Positions 10,268 through 21,015 of a stretch of DNA of 64,000 nucleotides are shown in pieces. Origin of the DNA: Squalus acanthias (taxonomy: Eukaryota); the NCBI GenBank assembly GCA_030390025.1, contig CM059431.1:135286001-135350000 (forward strand). Reading direction: 5' to 3'. Below the pieces are notes generated by a model. That model made no database searches, was not told the DNA's origin, and worked only from the letters and a program-made list of their open reading frames with translations. The first letter of the stretch is position 1. Each line of letters opens with the position of its first letter. A program made the translations under genes and the position numbers.

Positions 10268-13200
10268 GGCCCAGAAATTAAACAGTGAGGGTTCCCGCGG
10301 GGGTAAGGAATTCCCGCGATATCGCACTCCGCGCCTACCTTTTTGCTCCGGGCCCACACGAACTTTAGTTTGAAAGGCTCTCTCTCTTGGAACCGTGCAG
10401 TGCTTGCGTGACCCAGAGACGCAATTAGTTCGTGCGAGCTCTGGGATCACGTGATTCAGTTGGAGCCAATGGCAGCACACCATCTTTCATTCATAGTTTT
10501 GACAGGAAGACCTGTCAAAGCTATGAATACTACACACCGCCAAAAGAACAGCTAAACCTCAATTAAATTTTTTTTTAAAAGCCATCACATTAATAAAATA
10601 AGTATAGTTAAATAAATTAACCACTTTAAACAAAAAATTAAATTTTTGAAACAATTTAAAATCTTTTTAAAAGTTATAAAAATAAACTTACCTTTCTTTA
10701 AAGTCTCTAAAAAAGATAAACCTGTTGAAAAAAGTTTAAAATAACACTTAATTAACTACTTACCTTGTTAAAAGGGGGTCCTACGCCTGCTTTCTTTATG
10801 TGTAAAATCTTCACCACTTACCTGCGCGTCTCCAATTCAGTATCCCGTCCCCGCCTTCTCTCCGTAACCCTTAACCCCTTTTGCCTGTAGAAATATATCT
10901 AATTCCCTCTTAAATATATTTAATGAGCTGGCGTACACAGCCCTCTGTGGCAATGAGTTCCACAGGTTCACCACCCTCTGAGTGAAGAAATTCCCCCTCA
11001 TTTCTGTCCTAAATGGTTTAGCCCTTATCCTTAAATTATGTCCTCTAGTTCTGTTCTCACCCGCCAAGGGAAACATTCCTTCTGCATCTAGTCTGTCTAG
11101 ACCTGTCAGAATTTTATACACTTCTATGAGGTCCCCTCTCAATCTTCTAAACTCCAGTGTGTACATCCCTAAACTACATAGTCTCTCCTCATAGGTCAAT
11201 CCCGCCATTCCTGGTATCAGCCTGGTGAATCGCCGCTGCACCCCCTCCATGGCAAGAACATCTTTCCTCAGATGAGGCGACCAAAACTGTACACAGTACT
11301 CGAGGTGTGGTCTCACCAGTGCCCTGTACAGCTGCAGCAAGGTATCCCTGTTCCTGTATTCCAACCCTTTTGCTATGAAGGCCAGCATACCGTTTGCCTT
11401 CTTGATCGCCTGTTGCACCTGCATGCTCGCCTTCAGTGACTGGTGTACAAGAACACCCAGGTCTCTCTGTACTTCCCCCTCTCCCAATTTATTGCCATTT
11501 AAATAATAATTTGCCCTCCCGTTCCTGCACCCAAGGTGGATAACTTCGCACTTGTCCACATTATAGTGCATCTGCCATTTATCCGCCCAATCACCCAGTC
11601 TGTCCAAATCGCTCTGGAGCTTCCTGGTCTCCTCCTCTGAGCCCACCCCCCCTCCTAGTTTAGTGTCGTCTGCAAATTTGGAAATGCTGCATCCGACTCC
11701 CTGATCCAGGTCATTAATGTAAATTGTGAACAGCTGGGGACCCAGGACAGATCCCTGCGGTACCCCACTTGTTACTGCCTGCCATTCAGAAAATGAGCCG
11801 TTTATTCCAACTCTCTGTTTTCTATCTGACAGCCAGTTCTCTATCCACGTCAATACTTTCCCCTTTATCCCATGAGCTTCAATTTTCCCTGCTAATCTTT
11901 TATGTGGGACCTTATCGAAGGCCTTTTGGAAGTCCAGGTACACCACATCTACTGGCTCTCCCCCATCTATTTTACCAGTTACTCCCTCAAAAAATTCCAA
12001 TAGATTAGTCAAGCACGATTTACCCTTTGTAAATCCATGTTGACTCTGTCCTATCCTGTCCCCATTTGCTAAGTGCTCCGCTATTTCATCCTTAATGATG
12101 GACTCCAGCATTTTGCCCACAACTGATGTAAGGCTTACAGGTCTGTAATTACCTGCTTTTTCCCTACCCCCCTTTTTGAATAGTGGGGTAACGTTAGCTA
12201 CCCTCCAATCCATGGGCACTGTTCCCGAGTCTAATGAATTCTGAAAAATCATACTTAGTGCATCCGCTATCTCTAGGGCCACCTCCTTCAGTACCCTAGG
12301 ATGCATGTTATCAGGCCCTGGGGATTTGTCCGCCTTCAATCCCTTTAGCTTCCTTAACACCATATCCTTAGAGATATTGATTTGCGTCAGTTCCTCCTTT
12401 GCAAATGTCCCTATTTTTCCCGATATCCCAGGGAGGTTTTTTGTGTCTTCCTTCGTAAAGACTGACCCAAAGTATGCATTTAGTTGGTCTGCCATTTCTT
12501 TATTTCCCGTTATATATTCCCCCGTATCTGACTGCAATGGGCCAACTTTGGTTTTCACCAGTCTTTTCCTCTTGATATACTTATAAAAGCTTTTGGAGTT
12601 AGTTTTTATATTTTCCGCCAGCTTGCTTTCGTAAGCTATTTTGCCCCTCTTGATTAAGCCCTTTGTCCTCCTTTGCTCTATCTTAAACTGTTCCCAATCT
12701 TCCGCTCTGGCGCTTTTTTTGGCTATTTTATACGCCCTATCTTTGGATTTTATGCTGTCTCTAATTTCCCCTGTTATCCACGGTTGAGTCACCTTTTTAG
12801 ATTTCCTTTTATGACAGATTGGTATAAACAATTTTTGCAATTTTGTCATTCTATCTTTAAATGCTTGCCATTGTTTATCTACCTCCAGTCCTCCCAGGAA
12901 CGTTGTCCAATCATACCTACTCAGTTCCCGTCTAATGGCATCATAATTCCCCTTGTTTAAATTCAGGACCTTAGTATCTGAGTCAATTTCTTCGCTCTCC
13001 ATTTCGAGTGAGAAATCGATCATGTTATGATCGCTCTGCCCCAAGGGTCCCCGCACAACAAGATTACTAATTAGTCCCTTCTCATTGCACAGTACCCAGT
13101 CCAATATAGCCTGTTCCCGAGTTGGTTCCTCGACATATTGATCCAGATAACCATCCCTTAAACACTCAAGGAATTCCTCCTCCTCATTATTTTTACTGAT

Positions 13201-13534
13201 TAGGCTATTCCAATCTATATGTAAGTTAAAGTCACCTATGATGACAGCTGTGCTCTTATTGCACGCTTCTCTAATTTCCCTCGTGATGCCCTCCCCAACC
13301 TCTATTTTACTATTTGGAGGCCTATATACCACAAAGCTGAAATAATAACTAAGTGCACTGCGTGCGCACAGCCTGTAGCGCGCACACGGTTCACTTAGGA
13401 ACCGCCCCCTTTTGAATTCACGAAGTGCCGGTTTCCCGCGCATGCGCAGTGCATGCAGGAAACCGGCAATTCGGGATCGAATACGCGAGAGTACACAGTG
13501 CGTACTCTCGCGTATTAGGTCTAATTTTCGGGCC
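10268..13534 (-). mobile_element. Composite TIR element: diverged family-A Harbinger MITE carrying a CR1 ORF2 segment
   Basis: TIRs ggcccagaaatta / taattttcgggcc. 10268-10830 and 13332-13534 are colinear with MITE copies 31392-32118 and 53392-54135. CR1 sequence fills 10831-13331. Confidence 0.88.
10837..13331 (-). CDS. Uninterrupted CR1 ORF2 segment: C-terminal part of APE endonuclease, complete RT and C-terminal domain (part of the 919-aa track ORF)
   Basis: VVYRPP, GDFN, SDHN, NYRPVSLTS, QHGF, DFQKAFD, GVPQGS, KFADD, RDLGV, native stop GTGY*. No stops or frameshifts. First in-frame Met inside the CR1 part is at 13023 (728 aa). Confidence 0.85.
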
Positions 13535-14710
13535 ATAGAAACATAGAAGATAGGAGCAGGAGTAGGCCATTCGGCCCCTCGAGCCTGCTCCGCCATTCGA
13601 TAAGATCATGGCTGATCATCCAAACTCAGTACCCTGTACCTGCCTTCTCCCCATATCCCTTGATACCTTTAGCTTTAAGAAATATATCTAACTCATTCTT
13701 GAATATATTTAATGACTTGGCCTCAACTACCTTCTGTGGTAGAGAATTCCACAGGTTCACCACTCTCTGGGTGAAGAAATTCTTCCTCATTTCTGTCCTA
13801 AATGGCTTACCCCTTATCCTTAGTTTATGACCCCTGGTTCTGGACTCTCCGACCATCGGGAACATTCTTCCTGCATCTAGTTTGTCCAGACCTGTCAGAA
13901 TTTTATATGTTTCGATGAGATCCCCTCTCATTCTTCTATACTCCAGCGAGTATAAGTCCAATTGACCCAATCTTTCCTCATATGTCATTCCTGCCATCCC
14001 AGGTATCAGCCTTGTGAATCTTCGCTGAACTCCTTCCATGGCAAGAACATCCTTCCTCAGATAAGGCGACCAAAACTGCACACAGTACTCAAGGTGTAGT
14101 CTCACCAAGGCCCTGTACAACTGCAGCAGGACATCCCTGTTCCTATACGCAAACCCTTTCGCTATGAAGGCCAACATACCATTTGCCTTCTTCACCGCCT
14201 GCTGCACCTGCATGCTTACCTTCAGCGACTGGTGCACAAGGACACCCAGGTCTCGTTGCACTTCCCCTTCTCCCAATCTATTGCCATTCAGATAATAGTC
14301 TGCCTTTCTGTTTTTGACACCAAAGTGGATAACCTCGCATTTATCCACATTATACTGCATCTGCCACGCTTCTGCCCACTCACCCAACCTGTCCAAATCA
14401 TCCTGGAGTTTCTCGGTATCCTCCTCGCTGCACACACGCCCCCCCAGCTTTGTGTCATCTGCAAACTTGGAGATATTACATTTAGTTCCCTTATCTAGAT
14501 CATTAATGTATATTGTGAATAGCTGGGGTCCAAGGACCGATCCCTGCGGTACCCCACTAGTCACTGCTTGCCACTCGGAAAAAGACCCATTAATTCCTAC
14601 TCTCTGTTTTCTGTCCGCCAACCAGTTCTCTATCCAAGTCAATACCTTGCCCCCAATCCCATGTGCCTTAACTTTACACGCTAATCTCTTATGCGGGACC
14701 TTATCGAAGG
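13535..14710 (-). mobile_element. 5'-truncated CR1 with open RT C-terminal half, 3' UTR and (gtttctat)n tail
   Basis: Track ORF 13626-14642; 3' UTR 13550-13625; tail atagaaacatagaag on the plus strand abutting the MITE TIR. Confidence 0.92.
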
Positions 14711-14769
14711 TTGCTTATACGCAGAAGGCCTCAAAAATGTTCGTGCAGTTAATCACTCTGATTGCTAAA

Positions 14770-14890
14770 GCAGATGAAAAAATAGGGTGGGAAAGTGGAG
14801 TTGATGTAAAACTTCAGCCATGATCTTATTGAATGGCGGTGCAGGCTCGATTGGACGTATGACCTACTCCTGCTCCTATTTCTTATGTTT
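14770..14890 (+). mobile_element. Short CR1 3'-end fragment
   Basis: cagccatgatcttattgaatggcgg...cctactcctgctcctatttcttatgtt matches the CR1 3' UTR seen elsewhere in the window. Confidence 0.75.
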
Positions 14891-15573
14891 TTAATACTTA
14901 CATTTGTTACCTTAATTGAAGTTTCTGATTAACTATAGAAACTGGCAAATAATTATATATCTTGTAAAGCAAAATAATTTAAAAACACTAATCTATGTGC
15001 TAATTTTGTACTAAATATAAATTCATCATGTACTTTTTTGCCATTGTTTCACTTCAGAGTATCATTTACACATTATAATGTGTCTCATAATCCAATGTTA
15101 TGTTTCCCTACAGCTTTGTATGCTTTGCTTTTATATGTAGAATGATTCTTAAATCACTGATGGAGCTAATAATACATAGAGCACATATCAGCATCTTCCT
15201 AATAAAACTAAGCTTACTTTTCCTTTAATATGCAAATCTTCAGCAGTACTAGCATAAAAGTTATAAATTGTAATATTTCATTTCGATTTGTGACAATTCT
15301 GCTGTTGTAAAGTTGGTCGAAAGGAAGTGAAAGTTTTTCAATTATTATTTCATATATCCCCATAGATTTTTTTTCTGCAGGACAAGAAACAAAATCAAAA
15401 TGTTATCAAGCTAAATTGTGCCACAGTTGAGGGAGTACTATATAGGCACAGTGGTCTCTCTTATGGGGTCTAGCAGCAATCTAGAGATCCATTCAAGTGC
15501 CATAACAATAGCTTACTTTTCCATTTTTTAATAATAGTTTCATCCAAGTTCATTGTGCAGAGTGTAACAATTG

Positions 15574-16314
15574 GGGGTAGAGTTTCCACTAGGTTTTACC
15601 AGCCCAATTTGCCTGAAATCGGCTGAACCAGCATAAAAGATCGAGGAATTTCAAGCACAAGTTACATTCAGCGCAAATTGAGTTTCCGCGATCTTTTACA
15701 CTGGTTTAAAAAACATCGCGTTTGAAGCCGGACCCCCCAACAAAACCGGTCATGCCCCCAAATCTAATTAATGAGCATGGCGAGTTTCCGCTAATTGTGC
15801 CCATTTGCAGGCTCTTCAAATTAAGCTGCTTTTTTAAGGCGCAAAGGCACTAGTAAGCACCTTTTAAAAGTATTTTAATATTAAAAATATTTAATTTACT
15901 AAAAAACTAACTACTGTACACCAATGAAACTAGTACAAGGTTCTATATAATTTTTTAAAGTCATTTTCAGTTATTTAAAATCAGGTTACTCACAGGCAGT
16001 GGACTAGACACATTTATTAAATATGCTTATTTTTTGTGATAAACCCAATTTCAGCTGTATTAATAAAATACACCAGATTACCACTCTTAAATACATCAAG
16101 GAATATTTTTTTAATGCGACAGGAATAATAAATAAACAATTACGTTATAAAATGCTGCCAGATTGCGCTGGTTCATGGAAGATTTTACATTTGTGATTAC
16201 GCAAATGAATTTGAGTGGAAACTTGAACCATACCTTCATTTCTGAAAACTAATGCAATTTTGAGCACAATTTGCTCCCAAATTGCGATTGTATCCAAAGC
16301 AGAAACTCTACCCC
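15574..16314. mobile_element. Harbinger-type MITE
   Basis: 13-bp TIR ggggtagagtttc / gaaactctacccc; TSD ttg. Confidence 0.85.
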
Positions 16315-16454
16315 TTGATGTTCTAAACGCACAATGAACACAACACGGTGATTTTAATGGGTATGGTTAAGACAGTTGTATTGTAGTTTTACTGATGAAA
16401 AGGAACACAATAAGGAGTACTTCATTCAAAAATATGATGGGGTCATCCCCCTCA

Positions 16455-16700
16455 ATGGCTCCATGGGTAAATTTGCTGCATAGTACTGATCCATGCAAAC
16501 AGAAGATCCCACATTTGATCCCCAGTTTGTGCTGATTATCTTAATTCACCATGGTCAGTAGGAGTGCTAAAATTGGGTTCTGGACCCCTGGCCTAGGGGT
16601 AATGTCAGCTAAGATTCCTGTTCCTGCTCACTATCCAGTTACTCCTTTGAGAAAGGGTAAGGATAGGATCAGATTTGGCTGTACTTGTACACTGTCCTGA
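16455..16700 (+). mobile_element. Old tRNA-derived SINE remnant (LF-SINE-like)
   Basis: Degenerate B-box tttgatcccc followed by a tgtgctga...attgg...ttcctgttcctgctcactatccagt core, recognised from memory. Confidence 0.4.
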
Positions 16701-17727
16701 CTGATTATTTATGCTCACATGCTTGGAGTGGATAAAGGATTAAATATGAATGCTGGAGCAATGATTCTTTTATTGGAAGACTTTCCATGTCAGGAGCTTT
16801 GCCTCACAAGATGTACCCTTGTATGTTCACCCAAGTTCCTACTGCAGAGTGTAATGAAGACAACACAGTGGCTTTAATGGGTGTGATTTCAGTTATGCAA
16901 GGGAATACACGAAGGAGGAACTCATTCATAATGTGTTGAGTCGCTGTGTTTCTAAAACATTTCCAGTAAATATTCATTTTGCTGTGACATAAGCCATATC
17001 TTCCAAAAACCAAATGGCAGATGGAAGATTTGGCAGACTATAAATCTTCACTCAAACTAAAACAGTGATTTATTTTTTAAAAAGTAGTTAAGTGCATTTG
17101 AAACCACTAGTATTCTAATTGTGTATGTGCGTTGTGGGCCAAACTAACTGAAAGGATTACATTCTCCACCAAAATTAAAGGCTACATTGTTAATACTAAA
17201 GAAGAAAGTTTACAGATAGCATGACATGCATTTTTTATGATTAGGAAGAATTTTGTGAGGTGTCAGGTGCTAGAGGAAGAAACATAGCTTTAACACAGCA
17301 TTTCGTTTTTTTAATGGTCTATGTAGATGTAGGGCAATTTTAAATCCATTGGAAATGCATTATAAGTATATTCTGGTGGCATTTTCTTCAAACTGGTGGC
17401 AGCTCCGTTCTCTGGAGTGGTCTGAGATGCTTCAAGCAGCTTATTGATATGGATGATGACTTCCAATATTTTATCATTTGTGTAGCATTCCAACAGAGGT
17501 GAAGAGCAGTGGCAGCCTTTTCCTGCCAGTCTTGTTTCTTGTCATTTTGATCTGTTCATGGAGCAACATGAAGGGATTCATGGGATGCTTGTGTGCTCCA
17601 ACTCTCCAAATTGATTGATCTAAAAAACACTGCTCACACTGAATTCCCATACGCACTAACTCTTAAGAAAAATCAAAGTTAGTTTAGTACAAACTGGGAA
17701 GAGCTGCATAATAAAGGCAAACTATGG

Positions 17728-18225
17728 TATTACAAATAAAAACAGAAAATGCTGGAAATACTCAGCAGGTCAGGCAGCATCTGTAGAGAGAGAAACAGAG
17801 TTAATGTTTCAGGTCGATGACCCTTCGTCAGAACTGGAAAAAGTTGGAGGTGTAACAGGTTTTTAAGCAAGTGTAGGGGCAGGGAGAGGATGAAATGACA
17901 CGTGAGAGAGGAAAAAAAAACACCAAAAAATGATAGGGGCAGAGGTTATGGTCTGAAATTGTTGAACTCGATGTTGAGTCCAGAAGGTTTTTGTTTTATT
18001 TTTTATCATTTTTTTTCTCTCTCTCACATGGCAGCTGTTGATCATCCTGCCATTGCCATTTACACTTCATCTAAAGTCATGTTTTGTTTCTTAACTTGTC
18101 CCATTACCATCTCCTTTTGCCTTGCACCATCATCCCTTTTGTCTCTTAATCTCTCCTGCCTTCCATTCCTATCACAGACCTTCCTTTTTGTTCTTTCCTC
18201 CCCTCCCTCCTCTCCCTGCCCCCTT
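17728..18225. mobile_element. Second Penelope-like family: pLTR fragments, apparently in inverted arrangement
   Basis: Minus-strand pLTR end with a hammerhead (about 17728-17990), followed by a pyrimidine-rich plus-strand segment (about 18025-18225) of the same type. Confidence 0.65.
17799..17835 (-). ncRNA. Minimal hammerhead motif, helix III palindrome mutated
   Basis: Minus strand: agtt-CTGACGA-a-gggtc-atc-gacct-GAAA-catt-aact; AACATT where an AACGTT palindrome is expected. Confidence 0.7.
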
Positions 18226-18511
18226 GTTAAGAGCCTTGGGATATTTTGCTGTGTTAAAGACACTATATAAATGCAAGTTGTTGCTGTTGTTGGCACAGGC
18301 GTGTCAGGCCGAATGGACTCCTTCTGTGCTGTAAGATTCTATATTCTTCAATAAAAGTCAGCAAACTGTATGAACCAAGAAGAGACAGATGGTGAAGTTA
18401 AGCATGTCATTATGCACCCCATCAGTTTAAAGGCTTAAAACTCAAAAAAAAGAAGTGGTAATGGATATAAGTTCTATTTTCAATAAATAAAGTAAGTTCT
18501 TTCAGGGATAT

Positions 18512-20061
18512 TGTAGCAGTATTGTTCTGTATGTTTCTGCTTTCAAAGTATGGGTAAATTATGGTTTTAGTTAAGCATGCTTATATTGAAGGGATAATTA
18601 CAAGTCCTAGCCCTTTTCGGGCTTCCCCAGATCAGGCGTATTCCCCAGATGGTCACCTTCAATTAAAGTTAAAGATAGTCGAATTCTATAAGACGCTTAA
18701 TTGGGTCTAAAGGTCAGACCACCTCTCCCGAAAGGAAAGGAACGACGTGAAGATGTTACCGTCCTCCGGATAGCACTTTTAATAAGTTTAGCTAGACTGT
18801 AACCTTCCGGATATTATGAGGGTCCGGAATACCCCCCAGAATTCTGCAACTCCTTTGAGTATACAGAAATTGAGTTTGCGAGTTTATGCAGAAATACTCT
18901 GTGAGACAATTCTAAAAATATATAGATTTATTAAAGAACCGACATTTAGTTAACAGCTGTTATGGCAATCGCAACTTTAACCGTTCAAAATACAAATAGC
19001 TTACATTTCTTATCAGAGATCCTTATTCTCAAATCTTAACTTCGTTACATTTCCACACTTCTACTTATTTCTTAATCCAGAATATCCACCAAAATCAAAT
19101 ACCTTGATTACCCGAGACTCAGAGTTAAAAACTTACAGAGCGTGCCTGTGAAGTTGAGAAACGTTTGCCCTTCCAGCGACTTCTGACTTTTCATCTGAAA
19201 AGCTCTTATTTTTATACTCTTTTTTAGTGGTATTTTCTTTGAAGTATTCTGCTGATGTAAGCTATTTGTCTCTAGTGATACTCTATTGAATTGTTTTCTA
19301 TTCTTACTGTCATTTCAGCCGCCAACTCTTAGAATTCTGTCTGTACCTTTAGGTGTTTCAAAAACTTATCATTTTTATGGTTATTATCAATTTGATGCCA
19401 TTCTTAGGAAGTCTTTCTATTGAATTTCTAAATCACCTCTGCTGTTTGTAACACAGACTCCTGTCTCCTTATGTTCCAAGTTTAACACATAAACAATGTG
19501 ATTGCTTGGTGTCATCTATTGATGTAATATCTACAAAGTCTCTCTGTAGGTACTTCTTACAATTTGTAATTCAAAAACACTTCATCTAGGGTTTTCTTTG
19601 CATTTCTTATTTACTTCAATTGGTTATATTAAGAACCATGTCTCCTTGTTCTAAGTTTAACATAAAACTATTTTACAGCAGGTATTTCTTTTACTTGATG
19701 TCATTTTTTCAAGGCACTTGGTTTTTTTAATGTTCTGTGCACCTGTTCGCCGTGTTAGATTTTGACACTTTACTTGGGTCATTCCATTGTGTTGGTTCCA
19801 ATGTTCAGACATAGAGAAACCTCTAGCCTGCTGTTTCAATAGGGCCATGTCTTTGTATTTACAAACATTTCCCATTTCAAAGCTTGTGGTGTTTTACAGC
19901 TTTGTGTTAACAAACCATCTTATCTCAGAAGCCTGTATTTCTGTTTTACGGCTTGTGTCATTGAGGCTTTTAGATTTTTAACCCCAGTTTGTCATGTTTT
20001 AATATTATCAAATCTGTTTATAGGATGATGTATTTCTTGGAATATGGCTATTTCCTTCACA
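18512..20061 (-). mobile_element. Solo LTR, 1550 bp, retroviral-like (possibly spuma-like)
   Basis: TG...CA termini; 4-bp TSD atat (18508-18511 and 20062-20065); on the minus strand TATAAAA 19216-19210, GTAAGT 19136-19131, AATAAA 18932-18927. Confidence 0.75.
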
Positions 20062-20374
20062 ATATTAAAAAGCCAATAGCACTTTAATGGGCAACCAGCT
20101 GGAAAGATTCACTTTTTATAAGGTCACTTTCCTAAAGAATGAAAGGTTATAACAGCTTTAACATTGAAATCATGTTGTATCTATGTATGCAGCAAACTTA
20201 AATATACAGCGCACAGGATTTTTTCCACAAAATAAAATTTCCTGCGCTGACCAAGCCCTTGAATATAAAACTGGGATAATCATTTACTTTACTTTAGTTG
20301 ATGACACAAGATAGCTTCAAAAATTGACAGTTTGTAAACAGTCAAAATTTTCAAGTGCATCCCCAATTTTAGTC

Positions 20375-20820
20375 ATTCAACCATTGGCAGCTGTGCCTAC
20401 AACTGCCTAGGCCCTAAGCTATGGAATTTCCTCTGTAAACCTCTCTACCTCTCTTCCTCTCTCTCCTCCTTTAAGATGTCCTTAAAATATACCTCTTTGA
20501 CTAAGCTTCTGGTCACTTGTCCCAATATCTCCTTATGTGGCTCGGTGGCAAATTTTGTTTGATGGCGCTCCTACAGAGTGTCCCTATGGGACTTTTTAAT
20601 ACGTTAAAGGAGCTACCAACCCAAACACCCCACCCACCCGCCCCTTAACCACCGTCTGCCCCACCTGTGACAGAGACTGTAGGTCTTGCATTGGCCTCAT
20701 CAGTCACCTGAGAACTCATTTTTAATGTGGAAGCAAGTCATCCTCGGTTCCGAGGGACTGCCTAAGAAGAAGAGAAGAGAAGAAGAAGAAAGGAGCAACA
20801 TAAATGCAAGTTGTTGTCAT
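20375..20820 (+). mobile_element. L2-type 3' end, interrupted by an RTE fragment
   Basis: Matches the L2 tail at 37490-37747 (ggccctaagct...acctctttgac...taaatgcaagttgttg). Confidence 0.8.
20617..20788 (+). mobile_element. RTE-clade LINE 3' end with (aag)n tail
   Basis: Encodes CPTCDRDCRSCIGLISHLRTH, a C2H2-like C-terminus; aag-repeat tail; near-perfect TSD aaaggagc(t/a)ac. Confidence 0.75.
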
Positions 20821-21015
20821 GTTAGCCAATTGGTATTTCTTTTCTTCTGTTTTGAAATAGTGGGTGTTGTCATTTGTTGATTAATTTTAGAGTCTGAAAT
20901 TTCAAGCTCCTCTGGAGCGTAGCCGACTGACAACTAAATGCAAGTGAGCCACAGTGCTGAACATTCCGAGATTGTATTATTGTTAACAACCTGGTGGTGC
21001 TGACTATGTTCTGTT

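Noticed and set aside
10268..13534. Literal retron (msr/msd plus RT) interpretation
   Set aside because: The RT is clearly CR1-type and the hairpins are shared with RT-less TIR copies that have 3-bp TSDs; the resemblance is only architectural.
13332..13596. N-terminal part of the 919-aa track ORF as a real protein domain
   Set aside because: It is translated from a neighbouring CR1 3' UTR and MITE hairpins; open frame only, with no recognisable domain.
17311..17665. Possible host exon on the minus strand
   Set aside because: Coding-like composition, but stops interrupt the frames I tried and I recognise no protein or convincing splice pair.
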